DNA from: Eledone cirrhosa
Taxonomy: Eukaryota
Reading direction: 5' to 3'
Assembly: GCA_964016885.1 (NCBI GenBank)
Contig: OZ024743.1
Coordinates: forward strand, 236,468,001 to 236,532,000
DNA: 64,000 nucleotides
The position numbers were made by a program, and so were the translations under genes. The notes under the pieces are model-generated. The model was given only the letters and a program-made list of their open reading frames with translations, was not told the DNA's origin and made no database searches. Below are positions 29,601 through 45,340 of the stretch, one piece after another. The stretch's first letter is position 1. The number at the start of each line of letters is the position of its first letter.

Positions 29601-32600
29601 ACTGGTTGTATGTTCCTTCAGTCAATCTCCTATACTACGGGTTGTATGTTCCTTCAGTCAATCTCCTATTATACGGGTTGTATGTTCCTTCAGTCAATCT
29701 CCTATACTACTGGTTGTATGTTCCTTCAGTCAATCTCCTATACTACGGGTTGTATGTTCCTTCAGTCAATCTCCTATACTACTGGTTGTATATTCCTTCA
29801 GTCAATCTCCTATACTACTGGTTGTATGTTCCTTCAGTCAATCTCCTATACTACAGGTTGTATGTACCTTCAATCAATCTCCTATACTACTGGTTGTATG
29901 TTCCTTCAGTCAATCTCCTATACTACTGGTTGTATGTTCCTTCAGTCAATCTCCTATACTACGGGTTGCATGTACCTTCAGTCAATCTCCTATACTACGG
30001 GTTGTATGTTCCTTCAGTCAATCTCTTATACTACTGGTTGTATGTTCCTTCAGTCAATCTCCTATACTACAGGTTGTATGTACCTTCAGTCAATCTCCTA
30101 TACTACGGGTTGTATGTTCCTTCAGTCAATCTCCTATACTACTGGTTGTATGTTCCTTCAGTCAATCTCCTATACTACGGGTTGTATGTTCCTTCAGTCA
30201 ATCTCCTATACTACGGGTTGTATGTTCCTTCAGTCAATCTCCTATACTACGGGTTGTAAGTTCCTTCAGTCAATCTCCCATACTACGGGTTGTATGTTCC
30301 TTCAGTCAATCTCCTATACTACTGGTTGTATGTTCCTTCAGTCAATCTCCTATACTACGGATTGTATGTACCTTCAGTCAATCTCCTATACTACTGGTTG
30401 TATGTTCCTTCAGTCAATCTCCTATACTACTGGTTGTATGTTCCTTCAATCAATCTCCTATACTACAGGTTGTATGTACCTTCAGTCAATCTCCTATACT
30501 ACGGGTTGTATGTTCCTTCAGTCAATCTCCTATACTACTCGTTGTATGTTCCTTCAGTCAATCTCCTATACTACGGGTTGTATGTTCCTTCAGTCAATCT
30601 CCTATACTACGGGTTGTATGTTCCTTCAGTCAATCTCCTATACTACGGGTTGTATGTTCCTTCAGTCAATCTCCTATACTACGGGTTGTATGTTCCTTCA
30701 GTCAATCTCCTATACTACGGGTTGTATGTTCCTTCAGTCAATCTCCTATACTACGGGTTGTATGTTCCTTCAGTCAATCTCCTATACTACAGGTTGTATG
30801 TTCCTTCAGTCAATCCCCTATACTACTGGTTGTATATTCCTTCAGTCAATCCCCTATACTACTGGTTGTATATTCCTTCAGTCAATCTCCTATACTACTG
30901 GTTGTATGTTCCTTCAGTCAATCTCCTATACTACGGGTTGTATGTTCCTTCAGTCAATCTCCTATACTACGGGTTGTATGTTCCTTCAGTCAATCTCCTA
31001 TACTACGGGTTGTAAGTTCCTTCAGTCAATCTCCCATACTACGGGTTGTATGTTCCTTCAGTCAATCTCCTATACTACTGGTTGTATGTTCCTTCAGTCA
31101 ATCTCCTATACTACGGATTGTATGTTCCTTCAGTCAATCTCCTATACTACTGGTTGTATGTTCCTTCAGTCAATCTCCTATACTACTGGTTGTATGTTCC
31201 TTCAATCAATCTCCTATACTACAGGTTGTATGTACCTTCAGTCAATCTCCTATACTACGGGTTGTATGTTCCTTCAGTCAATCTCCTATACTACTCGTTG
31301 TATGTTCCTTCAGTCAATCTCCTATACTACGGGTTGTATGTTCCTTCAGTCAATCTCCTATACTACGGGTTGTATGTTCCTTCAGTCAATCTCCTATACT
31401 ACGGGTTGTATGTTCCTTCAGTCAATCTCCTATACTACGGGTTGTATGTTCCTTCAGTCAATCTCCTATACTACGGGTTGTATGTTCCTTCAGTCAATCT
31501 CCTATTCTACGGGTTGTATGTTCCTTCAGTCAATCTCCTATACTACAGGTTGTATGTTCCTTCAGTCAATCTCCTATACTACTGGTTGTATGTTCCTTCA
31601 GTCAATCTCCTATACTACTGGTTGTATATTCCTTCAGTCAATCTCCTATACTACAGGTTGTATGTTCCTTCAGTCAATCTCCTATACTACTGGTTGTATG
31701 TTCCTTCAGTCAATCTCCTATAATACGGATTGTATGTTCCTTCAGTCAATCCCCAATACTACTGGTTGTATGTTCCTTCAGTCAATCTCCTATACAACTG
31801 GTTGTATATTCCTTCAGTCAATCTCCTATACTACTGGTTGTATGTTCCTTCAGTCAATCTCCTATACTACGGGTTGTATGTTCCTTCAGTCAATCTCCTA
31901 TTATACGGGTTGTATGTTCCTTCAGTCAATCTCCTATACTACTGGTTGTATGTTCCTTCAGTCAATCTCCTATACTACGGGTTGTATGTTCCTTCAGTCA
32001 ATCTCCTATACTACGGGTTGTATGTTCCTTCAGTCAATCTCCTATACTACAGGTTGTATGTTCCTTCAGTCAATCTCCTATACTACTGGTTGTATGTTCC
32101 TTCAGTCAATCTCCTATACTACAGGTTGTATGTTCCTTCAGTCAATCTCCTATACTACTGGTTGTATATTCCTTCAGTCAATCTCCTATGCTACAGGTTG
32201 TATGTTCCTTCAGTCAATCTCCTATACTACTGGTTGTATGTTCCTTCAGTCAATCTCCTATACTACGGGTTGTATGTTCCTTCAGTCAATCTCCTATACT
32301 ACAGGTTGTATGTTCCTTCAGTCAATCCCCTATACTACTGGTTGTATATTCCTTCAGTCAATCCCCTATACTACTGGTTGTATATTCCTTCAGTCAATCT
32401 CCTATACTACTGGTTGTATGTTCCTTCAGTCAATCTCCTATACTACAGGTTGTATGTTCCTTCAGTCAATCTCTTATAAAACTGGTTGTATGTTCCTTCA
32501 GTCAATCTCCTATACTACTGGTTGTATGTTGCTTCAGTCAATATCCTATACTACTGGTTGTATGTTCCTTCAGTCAATCTCCTATAATACTGGTTGTATG

Positions 32601-35600
32601 TTCCTTCAGTCAATCTCCTATACTACTGGTTGTATATTCCTTCAGTTAATCTACTATACTACGTGTTGTATATTCCTTCAGTCAATCTCCTATACTACTG
32701 GTTGTATATTCCTTCAGTCAATCTCCTATACTACTGGTTGTATGTTCCTTCAGTTAATCTCCTATACTACAGGTTGTATGTACCTTCAGTCAATCTCCTA
32801 TACTACGGGTTGTATGTTCCTTCAGTCAATCTCCTATACTACTGGTTGTATGTTCCTTCAGTCAATCTCCTATACTACGGGTTGTATCTACCTTCAGTCA
32901 ATCTCCTATACTACGGGTTGTATGTTCCTTCAGTCAATCTCCTATACTACTGGTTGTATGTTCCTTCAGTCAATCTCCTATACTACAGGTTGTATGTACC
33001 TTCAGTCAATCTCCTATACTACGGGTTGTATGTTCCTTCAGTCAATCTCCTATACTACTGGTTGTATGTTCCTTCAGTCAATCTCCTATACTACGGGTTG
33101 TATGTTCCTTCAGTCAATCTCCTATACTACGGGTTGTATGTTCCTTCAGTCAATCTCCTATACTACGGGTTGTAAGTTCCTTCAGTCAATCTCCCATACT
33201 ACGGGTTGTATGTTCCTTCAGTCAATCTCCTATACTACTGGTTGTATGTTCCTTCAGTCAATCTCCTATACTACGGATTGTATGTTCCTTCAGTCAATCT
33301 CCTATACTACTGGTTGTATGTTCCTTCAGTCAATCTCATATACTACTGGTTGTATGTTCCTTCAATCAATCTCCTATACTACAGGTTGTATGTACCTTCA
33401 GTCAATCTCCTATACTACGGGTTGTATGTTCCTTCAGTCAATCTCCTATACTACTCGTTGTATGTTCCTTCAGTCAATCTCCTATACTACGGGTTGTATG
33501 TTCCTTCAGTCAATCTCCTATACTACGGGTTGTATGTTCCTTCAGTCAATCTCCTATACTACAGGTTGTATGTTCCTTCAGTCAATCCCCTATACCACTG
33601 GTTGTATATTCCTTCAGTCAATCCCCTATACTACTGGTTGTATATTCCTTCAGTCAATCTCCTATACTACTGGTTGTATGTTCCTTCAGTCAATCTCCTA
33701 TACTACAGGTTGTATGTTCCTTCAGTCAATCTCTTATAAAACTGGTTGTATGTTCCTTCAGTAAATCTCCTATACTACTGGTTGTATGTTGCTTCAGTCA
33801 ATATCCTATACTACTGGTTGTATGTTCCTTCAGTCAATCTCCTATAATACTGGTTGTATGTTCCTTCAGTCAATCTCCTATACTACTGGTTGTATATTCC
33901 TTCAGTTAATCTACTATACTACGTGTTGTATATTCCTTCAGTCAATCTCCTATACTACTGGTTGTATATTCCTTCAGTCAATCTCCTATACTACTGGTTG
34001 TATGTTCCTTCAGTCAATCTCCTATACTACAGGTTGTATGTACCTTCAGTCAATCTCCTATACTACTGGTTGTATGTTCCTTCAGTCAATCTCCTATACT
34101 ACTGGTTGTATGTTCCTTCAGTCAATCTCCTATACTACGGGTTGTATGTACCTTCAGTCAATCTCCTATACTACGGGTTGTATGTTCCTTCAGTCAATCT
34201 CTTATACTACTGGTTGTATGTTCCTTCAGTCAATCTCCTATACTACAGGTTGTATGTACCTTCAGTCAATCTCCTATACTACGGGTTGTATGTTCCTTCA
34301 GTCAATCTCCTATACTACTGGTTGTATGTTCCTTCAGTCAATCTCCTATACTACGGGTTGTATGTTCCTTCAGTCAATCTCCTATACTACGGGTTGTATG
34401 TTCCTTCAGTCAATCTCCTATACTACGGGTTGTAAGTTCCTTCAGTCAATCTCCCATACTACGGGTTGTATGTTCCTTCAGTCAATCTCCTATACTACTG
34501 GTTGTATGTTCCTTCAGTCAATCTCCTATACTACGGATTGTATGTTCCTTCAGTCAATCTCCTATACTACTGGTTGTATGTTCCTTCAGTCAATCTCCTA
34601 TACAACTGGTTGTATGTTCCTTCAATCAATCTCCTATACTACAGGTTGTATGTACCTTCAGTCAATCTCCTATACTACGGGTTGTATGTTCCTTCAGTCA
34701 ATCTCCTATACTACTCGTTGTATGTTCCTTCAGTCAATCTCCTATACTACGGGTTGTATGTTCCTTCAGTCAATCTCCTATACTACGGGTTGTATGTTCC
34801 TTCAGTCAATCTCCTATACTACGGGTTGTATATTCCTTCAGTCAATCTCCTATACTACGGGTTGTATGTTCCTTCAGTCAATCTCCTATACTACGGGTTG
34901 TATGTTCCTTCAGTCAATCTCCTATTCTACGGGTTGTATGTTCCTTCAGTCAATCTCCTATACTACAGGTTGTATGTTCCTTCAGTCAATCTCCTATACT
35001 ACTGGTTGTATGTTCCTTCAGTCAATCTCCTATACTACTGGTTGTATGTTCCTTCAGTCAATCTCCTATACTACTGGTTGTATATTCCTTCAGTCAATCT
35101 CCTATACTACAGGTTGTATGTTCCTTCAGTCAATCTCCTATACTACTGGTTGTATGTTCCTTCAGTCAATCTCCTATACTACGGATTGTATGTTCCTTCA
35201 GTCAATCCCCAATACTACTGGTTGTATGTTCCTTCAGTCAATCTCCTATACAACTGGTTGTATATTCCTTCAGTCAATCTCCTATACTACTGGTTGTATG
35301 TTCCTTCAGTCAATCTCCTATACTACGGGTTGTATGTTCCTTCAGTCAATCTCCTATTATACGGGTTGTATGTTCCTTCAGTCAATCTCCTATACTACTG
35401 GTTGTATGTTCCTTCAGTCAATCTCCTATACTACGGGTTGTATGTTCCTTCAGTCAATCTCCTATACTACTGGTTGTATATTCCTTCAGTCAATCTCCTA
35501 TACTACTGGTTGTATGTTCCTTCAGTCAATCTCCTATACTACAGGTTGTATGTACCTTCAGTCAATCTCCTATACTACTGGTTGTATGTTCCTTCAGTCA

Positions 35601-38600
35601 ATCTCCTATACTACTGGTTGTATGTTCCTTCAGTCAATCTCCTATACTACGGGTTGTATGTACCTTCAGTCAATCTCCTATACTACGGGTTGTATGTTCC
35701 TTCAGTCAATCTCTTATACTACTGGTTGTATGTTCCTTCAGTCAATCTCCTATACTACAGGTTGTATGTACCTTCAGTCAATCTCCTATACTACGGGTTG
35801 TATGTTCCTTCAGTCAATCTCCTATACTACTGGTTGTATGTTCCTTCAGTCAATCTCCTATACTACGGGTTGTATGTTCCTTCAGTCAATCTCCTATACT
35901 ACGGGTTGTATGTTCCTTCAGTCAATCTCCTATACTACGGGTTGTAAGTTCCTTCAGTCAATCTCCCATACTACGGGTTGTATGTTCCTTCAGTCAATCT
36001 CCTATACTACTGGTTGTATGTTCCTTCAGTCAATCTCCTATACTACGGATTGTATGTTCCTTCAGTCAATCTCCTATACTACTGGTTGTATGTTCCTTCA
36101 GTCAATCTCCTATACTACTGGTTGTATGTTCCTTCAATCAATCTCCTATACTACAGGTTGTATGTACCTTCAGTCAATCTCCTATACTACGGGTTGTATG
36201 TTCCTTCAGTCAATCTCCTATACTACTCGTTGTATGTTCCTTCAGTCAATCTCCTATACTACGGGTTGTATGTTCCTTCAGTCAATCTCCTATACTACGG
36301 GTTGTATGTTCCTTCAGTCAATCTCCTATACTACGGGTTGTATGTTCCTTCAGTCAATCTCCTATACTACGGGTTGTATGTTCCTTCAGTCAATCTCCTA
36401 TACTACGGGTTGTATGTTCCTTCAGTCAATCTCCTATTCTACGGGTTGTATGTTCCTTCAGTCAATCTCCTATACTACAGGTTGTATGTTCCTTCAGTCA
36501 ATCTCCTATACTACTGGTTGTATGTTCCTTCAGTCAATCTCCTATACTACGGGTTGTATGTTCCTTCAGTCAATCTCCTATACTACAGGTTGTATGTTCC
36601 TTCAGTCAATCTCCTATACTACTGGTTGTATGTTCCTTCAGTCAATCTCCTATACTACAGGTTGTATGTTCCTTCAGTCAATCTCCTATACTACTGGTTG
36701 TATATTCCTTCAGTCAATCTCCTATGCTACAGGTTGTATGTTCCTTCAGTCAATCTCCTATACTACTGGTTGTATGTTCCTTCAGTCAATCTCCTATACT
36801 ACGGGTTGTATGTTCCTTCAGTCAATCTCCTATACTACAGGTTGTATGTTCCTTCAGTCAATCCCCTATACTACTGGTTGTATATTCCTTCAGTCAATCC
36901 CCTATACTACTGGTTGTATATTCCTTCAGTCAATCTCCTATACTACTGGTTGTATGTTCCTTCAGTCAATCTCCTATACTACAGGTTGTATGTTCCTTCA
37001 GTCAATCTCTTATAAAACTGGTTGTATGTTCCTTCAGTCAATCTCCTATACTACTGGTTGTATGTTGCTTCAGTCAATATCCTATACTACTGGTTGTATG
37101 TTCCTTCAGTCAATCTCCTATAATACTGGTTGTATGTTCCTTCAGTCAATCTCCTATACTACTGGTTGTATATTCCTTCAGTTAATCTACTATACTACGT
37201 GTTGTATATTCCTTCAGTCAATCTCCTATACTACTGGTTGTATATTCCTTCAGTCAATCTCCTATACTACTGGTTGTATGTTCCTTCAGTTAATCTCCTA
37301 TACTACAGGTTGTATGTACCTTCAGTCAATCTCCTATACTACGGGTTGTATGTTCCTTCAGTCAATCTCCTATACTACTGGTTGTATGTTCCTTCAGTCA
37401 ATCTCCTATACTACGGGTTGTATCTACCTTCAGTCAATCTCCTATACTACGGGTTGTATGTTCCTTCAGTCAATCTCCTATACTACTGGTTGTATGTTCC
37501 TTCAGTCAATCTCCTATACTACAGGTTGTATGTACCTTCAGTCAATCTCCTATACTACGGGTTGTATGTTCCTTCAGTCAATCTCCTATACTACTGGTTG
37601 TATGTTCCTTCAGTCAATCTCCTATACTACGGGTTGTATGTTCCTTCAGTCAATCTCCTATACTACGGGTTGTATGTTCCTTCAGTCAATCTCCTATACT
37701 ACGGGTTGTAAGTTCCTTCAGTCAATCTCCCATACTACGGGTTGTATGTTCCTTCAGTCAATCTCCTATACTACTGGTTGTATGTTCCTTCAGTCAATCT
37801 CCTATACTACGGATTGTATGTTCCTTCAGTCAATCTCCTATACTACTGGTTGTATGTTCCTTCAGTCAATCTCATATACTACTGGTTGTATGTTCCTTCA
37901 ATCAATCTCCTATACTACAGGTTGTATGTACCTTCAGTCAATCTCCTATACTACGGGTTGTATGTTCCTTCAGTCAATCTCCTATACTACTCGTTGTATG
38001 TTCCTTCAGTCAATCTCCTATACTACGGGTTGTATGTTCCTTCAGTCAATCTCCTATACTACGGGTTGTATGTTCCTTCAGTCAATCTCCTATACTACAG
38101 GTTGTATGTTCCTTCAGTCAATCCCCTATACTACTGGTTGTATATTCCTTCAGTCAATCCCCTATACTACTGGTTGTATATTCCTTCAGTCAATCTCCTA
38201 TACTACTGGTTGTATGTTCCTTCAGTCAATCTCCTATACTACAGGTTGTATGTTCCTTCAGTCAATCTCTTATAAAACTGGTTGTATGTTCCTTCAGTAA
38301 ATCTCCTATACTACTGGTTGTATGTTGCTTCATTCAATATCCTATACTACTGGTTGTATGTTCCTTCAGTCAATCTCCTATAATACTGGTTGTATGTTCC
38401 TTCAGTCAATCTCCTATACTACTGGTTGTATATTCCTTCAGTTAATCTACTATACTACGTGTTGTATATTCCTTCAGTCAATCTCCTATACTACTGGTTG
38501 TATATTCCTTCAGTCAATCTCCTATACTACTGGTTGTATGTTCCTTCAGTCAATCTCCTATACTACAGGTTGTATGTACCTTCAGTCAATCTCCTATACT

Positions 38601-41000
38601 ACTGGTTGTATGTTCCTTCAGTCAATCTCCTATACTACTGGTTGTATGTTCCTTCAGTCAATCTCCTATACTACGGGTTGTATGTACCTTCAGTCAATCT
38701 CCTATACTACGGGTTGTATGTTCCTTCAGTCAATCTCTTATACTACTGGTTGTATGTTCCTTCAGTCAATCTCCTATACTACAGGTTGTATGTACCTTCA
38801 GTCAATCTCCTATACTACGGGTTGTATGTTCCTTCAGTCAATCTCCTATACTACTGGTTGTATGTTCCTTCAGTCAATCTCCTATACTACGGGTTGTATG
38901 TTCCTTCAGTCAATCTCATATACTACGGGTTGTATGTTTCTTCAGTCAATCTCCTATACTACGGGTTGTAAGTTCCTTCAGTCAATCTCCCATACTACGG
39001 GTTGTATGTTCCTTCAGTCAATCTCCTATACTACTGGTTGTATGTTCCTTCAGTCAATCTCCTATACTACGGATTGTATGTTCCTTCAGTCAATCTCCTA
39101 TACTACTGGTTGTATGTTCCTTCAGTCAATCTCCTATACATCTGGTTGTATGTTCCTTCAATCAATCTCCTATACTACAGGTTGTATGTACCTTCAGTCA
39201 ATCTCCTATACTACGGGTTGTATGTTCCTTCAGTCAATCTCCTATACTACTCGTTGTATGTTCCTTCAGTCAATCTCCTATACTACGGGTTGTATGTTCC
39301 TTCAGTCAATCTCCTATACTACGGGTTGTATGTTCCTTCAGTCAATCTCCTATACTACGGGTTGTATATTCCTTCAGTCAATCTCCTATACTACGGGTTG
39401 TATGTTCCTTCAGTCAATCTCCTATACTACGGGTTGTATGTTCCTTCAGTCAATCTCCTATTCTACGGGTTGTATGTTCCTTCAGTCAATCTCCTATACT
39501 ACAGGTTGTATGTTCCTTCAGTCAATCTCCTATACTACTGGTTGTATGTTCCTTCAGTCAATCTCCTATACTACTGGTTGTATGTTCCTTCAGTCAATCT
39601 CCTATACTACTGGTTGTATATTCCTTCAGTCAATCTCCTATACTACAGGTTGTATGTTCCTTCAGTCAATCTCCTATACTACTGGTTGTATGTTCCTTCA
39701 GTCAATCTCCTATACTACGGATTGTATGTTCCTTCAGTCAATCCCCAATACTACTGGTTGTATGTTCCTTCAGTCAATCTCCTATACAACTGGTTGTATA
39801 TTCCTTCAGTCAATCTCCTATACTACTGGTTGTATGTTCCTTCAGTCAATCTCCTATACTACGGGTTGTATGTTCCTTCAGTCAATCTCCTATTATACGG
39901 GTTGTATGTTCCTTCAGTCAATCTCCTATACTACTGGTTGTATGTTCCTTCAGTCAATCTCCTATACTACGGGTTGTATGTTCCTTCAGTCAATCTCCTA
40001 TACTACTGGTTGTATATTCCTTCAGTCAATCTCCTATACTACTGGTTGTATGTTCCTTCAGTCAATCTCCTATACTACAGGTTGTATGTACCTTCAGTCA
40101 ATCTCCTATACTACTGGTTGTATGTTCCTTCAGTCAATCTCCTATACTACTGGTTGTATGTTCCTTCAGTCAATCTCCTATACTACGGGTTGTATGTACC
40201 TTCAGTCAATCTCCTATACTACGGGTTGTATGTTCCTTCAGTCAATCTCTTATACTACTGGTTGTATGTTCCTTCAGTCAATCTCCTATACTACAGGTTG
40301 TATGTACCTTCAGTCAATCTCCTATACTACGGGTTGTATGTTCCTTCAGTCAATCTCCTATACTACTGGTTGTATGTTCCTTCAGTCAATCTCCTATACT
40401 ACGGGTTGTATGTTCCTTCAGTCAATCTCCTATACTACGGGTTGTATGTTCCTTCAGTCAATCTCCTATAGTACGGGTTGTAAGTTCCTTCAGTCAATCT
40501 CCCATACTACGGGTTGTATGTTCCTTCAGTCAATCTCCTATACTACTGGTTGTATGTTCCTTCAGTCAATCTCCTATACTACGGATTGTATGTTCCTTCA
40601 GTCAATCTCCTATACTACTAGTTGTATGTTCCTTCAGTCAATCTCCTATACTACTGGTTGTATGTTCCTTCAATCAATCTCCTATACTACAGGTTGTATG
40701 TACCTTCAGTCAATCTCCTATACTACGGGTTGTATGTTCCTTCAGTCAATCTCCTATACTACTCGTTGTATGTTCCTTCAGTCAATCTCCTATACTACGG
40801 GTTGTATGTTCCTTCAGTCAATCTCCTATACTACGGGTTGTATGTTCCTTCAGTCAATCTCCTATACTACGGGTTGTATGTTCCTTCAGTCAATCTCCTA
40901 TACTACGGGTTGTATGTTCCTTCAGTCAATCTCCTATACTACTGGTTGTATGTTCCTTCAGTCAATCTCCTATACTACTGGTTGTATGTTCCTTCAGTCA
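26500..41000. repeat. Three related multi-kb blocks at offsets 5688 bp (158 monomers) and 4536 bp (126 monomers)
   Basis: TATGCTAC markers at 26500, 32188 and 36724 and TAA stops at 28076, 33764 and 38300 keep the same spacing. The same variant order follows each. Boundaries are approximate. Confidence 0.8.
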
Positions 41001-41099
41001 ATCTCCTATACTACTGGTTGTATATTCCTTCAGTCAATCTCCTATACTACAGGTTGTATGTTCCTTCAGTCAATCTCCTATACTACTGGTTGTATGTTC

Positions 41100-44000
41100 C
41101 TTCAGTCAATCTCCTATACTACGGATTGTATGTTCCTTCAGTCAATCCCCAATACTACTGGTTGTATGTTCCTTCAGTCAATCTCCTATACAACTGGTTG
41201 TATATTCCTTCAGTCAATCTCCTATACTACTGGTTGTATGTTCCTTCAGTCAATCTCCTATACTACGGGTTGTATGTTCCTTCAGTCAATCTCCTATTAT
41301 ACGGGTTGTATGTTCCTTCAGTCAATCTCCTATACTACTGGTTGTATGTTCCTTCAGTCAATCTCCTATACTACGGGTTGTATGTTCCTTCAGTCAATCT
41401 CCTATACTACGGGTTGTATGTTCCTTCAGTCAATCTCCTATACTACAGGTTGTATGTTCCTTCAGTCAATCTCCTATACTACTGGTTGTATGTTCCTTCA
41501 GTCAATCTCCTATACTACAGGTTGTACGTTCCTTCAGTCAATCTCCTATACTACTGGTTGTATATTCCTTCAGTCAATCTCCTATGCTACAGGTTGTATG
41601 TTCCTTCAGTCAATCTCCTATACTACTGGTTGTATGTTCCTTCAGTCAATCTCCTATACTACGGGTTGTATGTTCCTTCAGTCAATCTCCTATACTACAG
41701 GTTGTATGTTCCTTCAGTCAATCCCCTATACTACTGGTTGTATATTCCTTCAGTCAATCCCCTATACTACTGGTTGTATATTCCTTCAGTCAATCTCCTA
41801 TACTACTGGTTGTATGTTCCTTCAGTCAATCTCCTATACTACAGGTTGTATGTTCCTTCAGTCAATCTCTTATAAAACTGGTTGTATGTTCCTTCAGTCA
41901 ATCTCCTATACTACTGGTTGTATGTTGCTTCAGTCAATATCCTATACTACTGGTTGTATGTTCCTTCAGTCAATCTCCTATAATACTGGTTGTATGTTCC
42001 TTCAGTCAATCTCCTATACTACTGGTTGTATATTCCTTCAGTTAATCTACTATACTACGTGTTGTATATTCCTTCAGTCAATCTCCTATACTACTGGTTG
42101 TATATTCCTTCAGTCAATCTCCTATACTACTGGTTGTATGTTCCTTCAGTTAATCTCCTATACTACAGGTTGTATGTACCTTCAGTCAATCTCCTATACT
42201 ACGGGTTGTATGTTCCTTCAGTCAATCTCCTATACTACTGGTTGTATGTTCCTTCAGTCAATCTCCTATACTACGGGTTGTATCTACCTTCAGTCAATCT
42301 CCTATACTACGGGTTGTATGTTCCTTCAGTCAATCTCCTATACTACTGGTTGTATGTTCCTTCAGTCAATCTCCTATACTACAGGTTGTATGTACCTTCA
42401 GTCAATCTCCTATACTACGGGTTGTATGTTCCTTCAGTCAATCTCCTATACTACTGGTTGTATGTTCCTTCAGTCAATCTCCTATACTACGGGTTGTATG
42501 TTCCTTCAGTCAATCTCCTATACTACGCGTTGTATGTTCCTTCAGTCAATCTCCTATACTACGGGTTGTAAGTTCCTTCAGTCAATCTCCTATACTACGG
42601 GTTGTATGTTCCTTCAGTCAATCTCCTATACTACTGGTTGTATGTTCCTTCAGTCAATCTCCTACACTACGGATTGTATGTTCCTTCAGTCAATCTCCTA
42701 TACTACTGGTTGTATGTTCCTTCAGTCAATCTCCTATACTACTGGTTGTATGTTCCTTCAATCAATCTCCTATACTACAGGTTGTATGTACCTTCAGTCA
42801 ATCTCCTATACTACGGGTTGTATGTTCCTTCAGTCAATCTCCTATACTACTGGTTGTATGTTCCTTCAGTCAATCTCCTATACTACGGGTTGTATGTTCC
42901 TTCAGTCAATCTCCTATACTACGGGTTGTATGTTCCTTCAGTCAATCTCCTATACTACGGGTTGTATGTTCCTTCAGTCAATCTCCTATACTACGGGTTG
43001 TATGTTCCTTCAGTCAATCTCCTATACTACGGGTTGTATGTTCCTTCAGTCAATCTCCTATTCTACGGGTTGTATGTTCCTTCAGTCAATCTCCTATACT
43101 ACAGGTTGTATGTTCCTTCAGTCAATCTCCTATACTACTGGTTGTATGTTCCTTCAGTCAATCTCCTATACTACTGGTTGTATGTTCCTTCAGTCAATCT
43201 CCTATACTACTGGTTGTATATTCCTTCAGTCAATCTCCTATACTACTGGTGGTATGTTCCTTCAGTCAATCTCCTATACAACTGGTTGTATATTCCTTCA
43301 GTCAATCTCCTATACTACAGGTTGTATGTTCCTTCAGTCAATCTCCTATACTACTGGTTGTATGTTCCTTCAGTCAATCTCCTATACTACGGATTGTATG
43401 TTCCTTCAGTCAATCCCCAATACTACTGGTTGTATGTTCCTTCAGTCAATCTCCTATACAACTGGTTGTATATTCCTTCAGTCAATCTCCTATACTACTG
43501 GTTGTATGTTCCTTCAGTCAATCTCCTATACTACGGGTTGTATGTTCCTTCAGTCAATCTCCTATTATACGGGTTGTATGTTCCTTCAGTCAATCTCCTA
43601 TACTACTGGTTGTATGTTCCTTAAGTCAATCTCCTATACTACGGGTTGTATGTTCCTTCAGTCAATCTCCTATACTACGGGTTGTATGTTCCTTCAGTCA
43701 ATCTCCTATACTACAGGTTGTATGTTCCTTCAGTCAATCTCCTATACTACTGGTTGTATGTTCCTTCAGTCAATCTCCTATACTACAGGTTGTATGTTCC
43801 TTCAGTCAATCTCCTATACTACTGGTTGTATATTCCTTCAGTCAATCTCCTATGCTACAGGTTGTATGTTCCTTCAGTCAATCTCCTATACTACTGGTTG
43901 TATGTTCCTTCAGTCAATCTCCTATACTACGGGTTGTATGTTCCTTCAGTCAATCTCCTATACTACAGGTTGTATGTTCCTTCAGTCAATCCCCTATACT

Positions 44001-45340
44001 ACTGGTTGTATATTCCTTCAGTCAATCCCCTATACTACTGGTTGTATATTCCTTCAGTCAATCTCCTATACTACTGGTTGTATGTTCCTTCAGTCAATCT
44101 CCTATACTACAGGTTGTATGTTCCTTCAGTCAATCTCTTATAAAACTGGTTGTATGTTCCTTCAGTCAATCTCCTATACTACTGGTTGTATGTTGCTTCA
44201 GTCAATATCCTATACTACTGGTTGTATGTTCCTTCAGTCAATCTCCTATAATACTGGTTGTATGTTCCTTCAGTCAATCTCCTATACTACTGGTTGTATA
44301 TTCCTTCAGTTAATCTACTATACTACGTGTTGTATATTCCTTCAGTCAATCTCCTATACTACTGGTTGTATATTCCTTCAGTCAATCTCCTATACTACTG
44401 GTTGTATGTTCCTTCAGTTAATCTCCTATACTACAGGTTGTATGTACCTTCAGTCAATCTCCTATACTACGGGTTGTATGTTCCTTCAGTCAATCTCCTA
44501 TACTACTGGTTGTATGTTCCTTCAGTCAATCTCCTATACTACGGGTTGTATCTACCTTCAGTCAATCTCCTATACTACGGGTTGTATGTTCCTTCAGTCA
44601 ATCTCCTATACTACTGGTTGTATGTTCCTTCAGTCAATCTCCTATACTACAGGTTGTATGTACCTTCAGTCAATCTCCTATACTACGGGTTGTATGTTCC
44701 TTCAGTCAATCTCCTATACTACTGGTTGTATGTTCCTTCAGTCAATCTCCTATACTACGGGTTGTATGTTCCTTCAGTCAATCTCCTATACTACGGGTTG
44801 TATGTTCCTTCAGTCAATCTCCTATACTACGGGTTGTAAGTTCCTTCAGTCAATCTCCTATACTACGGGTTGTATGTTCCTTCAGTCAATCTCCTATACT
44901 ACTGGTTGTATGTTCCTTCAGTCAATCTCCTATACTACGGATTGTATGTTCCTTCAGTCAATCTCCTATACTACTGGTTGTATGTTCCTTCAGTCAATCT
45001 CCTATACTACTGGTTGTATGTTCCTTCAGTCAATCTCCTATACTACAGGTTGTATGTACCTTCAGTCAATCTCCTATACTACGGGTTGTATGTTCCTTCA
45101 GTCAATCTCCTATACTACTGGTTGTATGTTCCTTCAGTCAATCTCCTATACTACGGGTTGTATGTTCCTTCAGTCAATCTCCTATACTACGGGTTGTATG
45201 TTCCTTCAGTCAATCTCCTATACTACGGGTTGTATGTTCCTTCAGTCAATCTCCTATACTACGGGTTGTATGTTCCTTCAGTCAATCTCCTATACTACGG
45301 GTTGTATGTTCCTTCAGTCAATCTCCTATTCTACGGGTTG
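41100..45340. repeat. Duplication at offset 2268 bp (63 monomers)
   Basis: CTTATAAAAC stops at 41875 and 44143, TATGCTAC at 41584 and 43852, GTAAG stops at 42571 and 44839, TATTCTAC at about 43059 and 45327. Confidence 0.82.
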
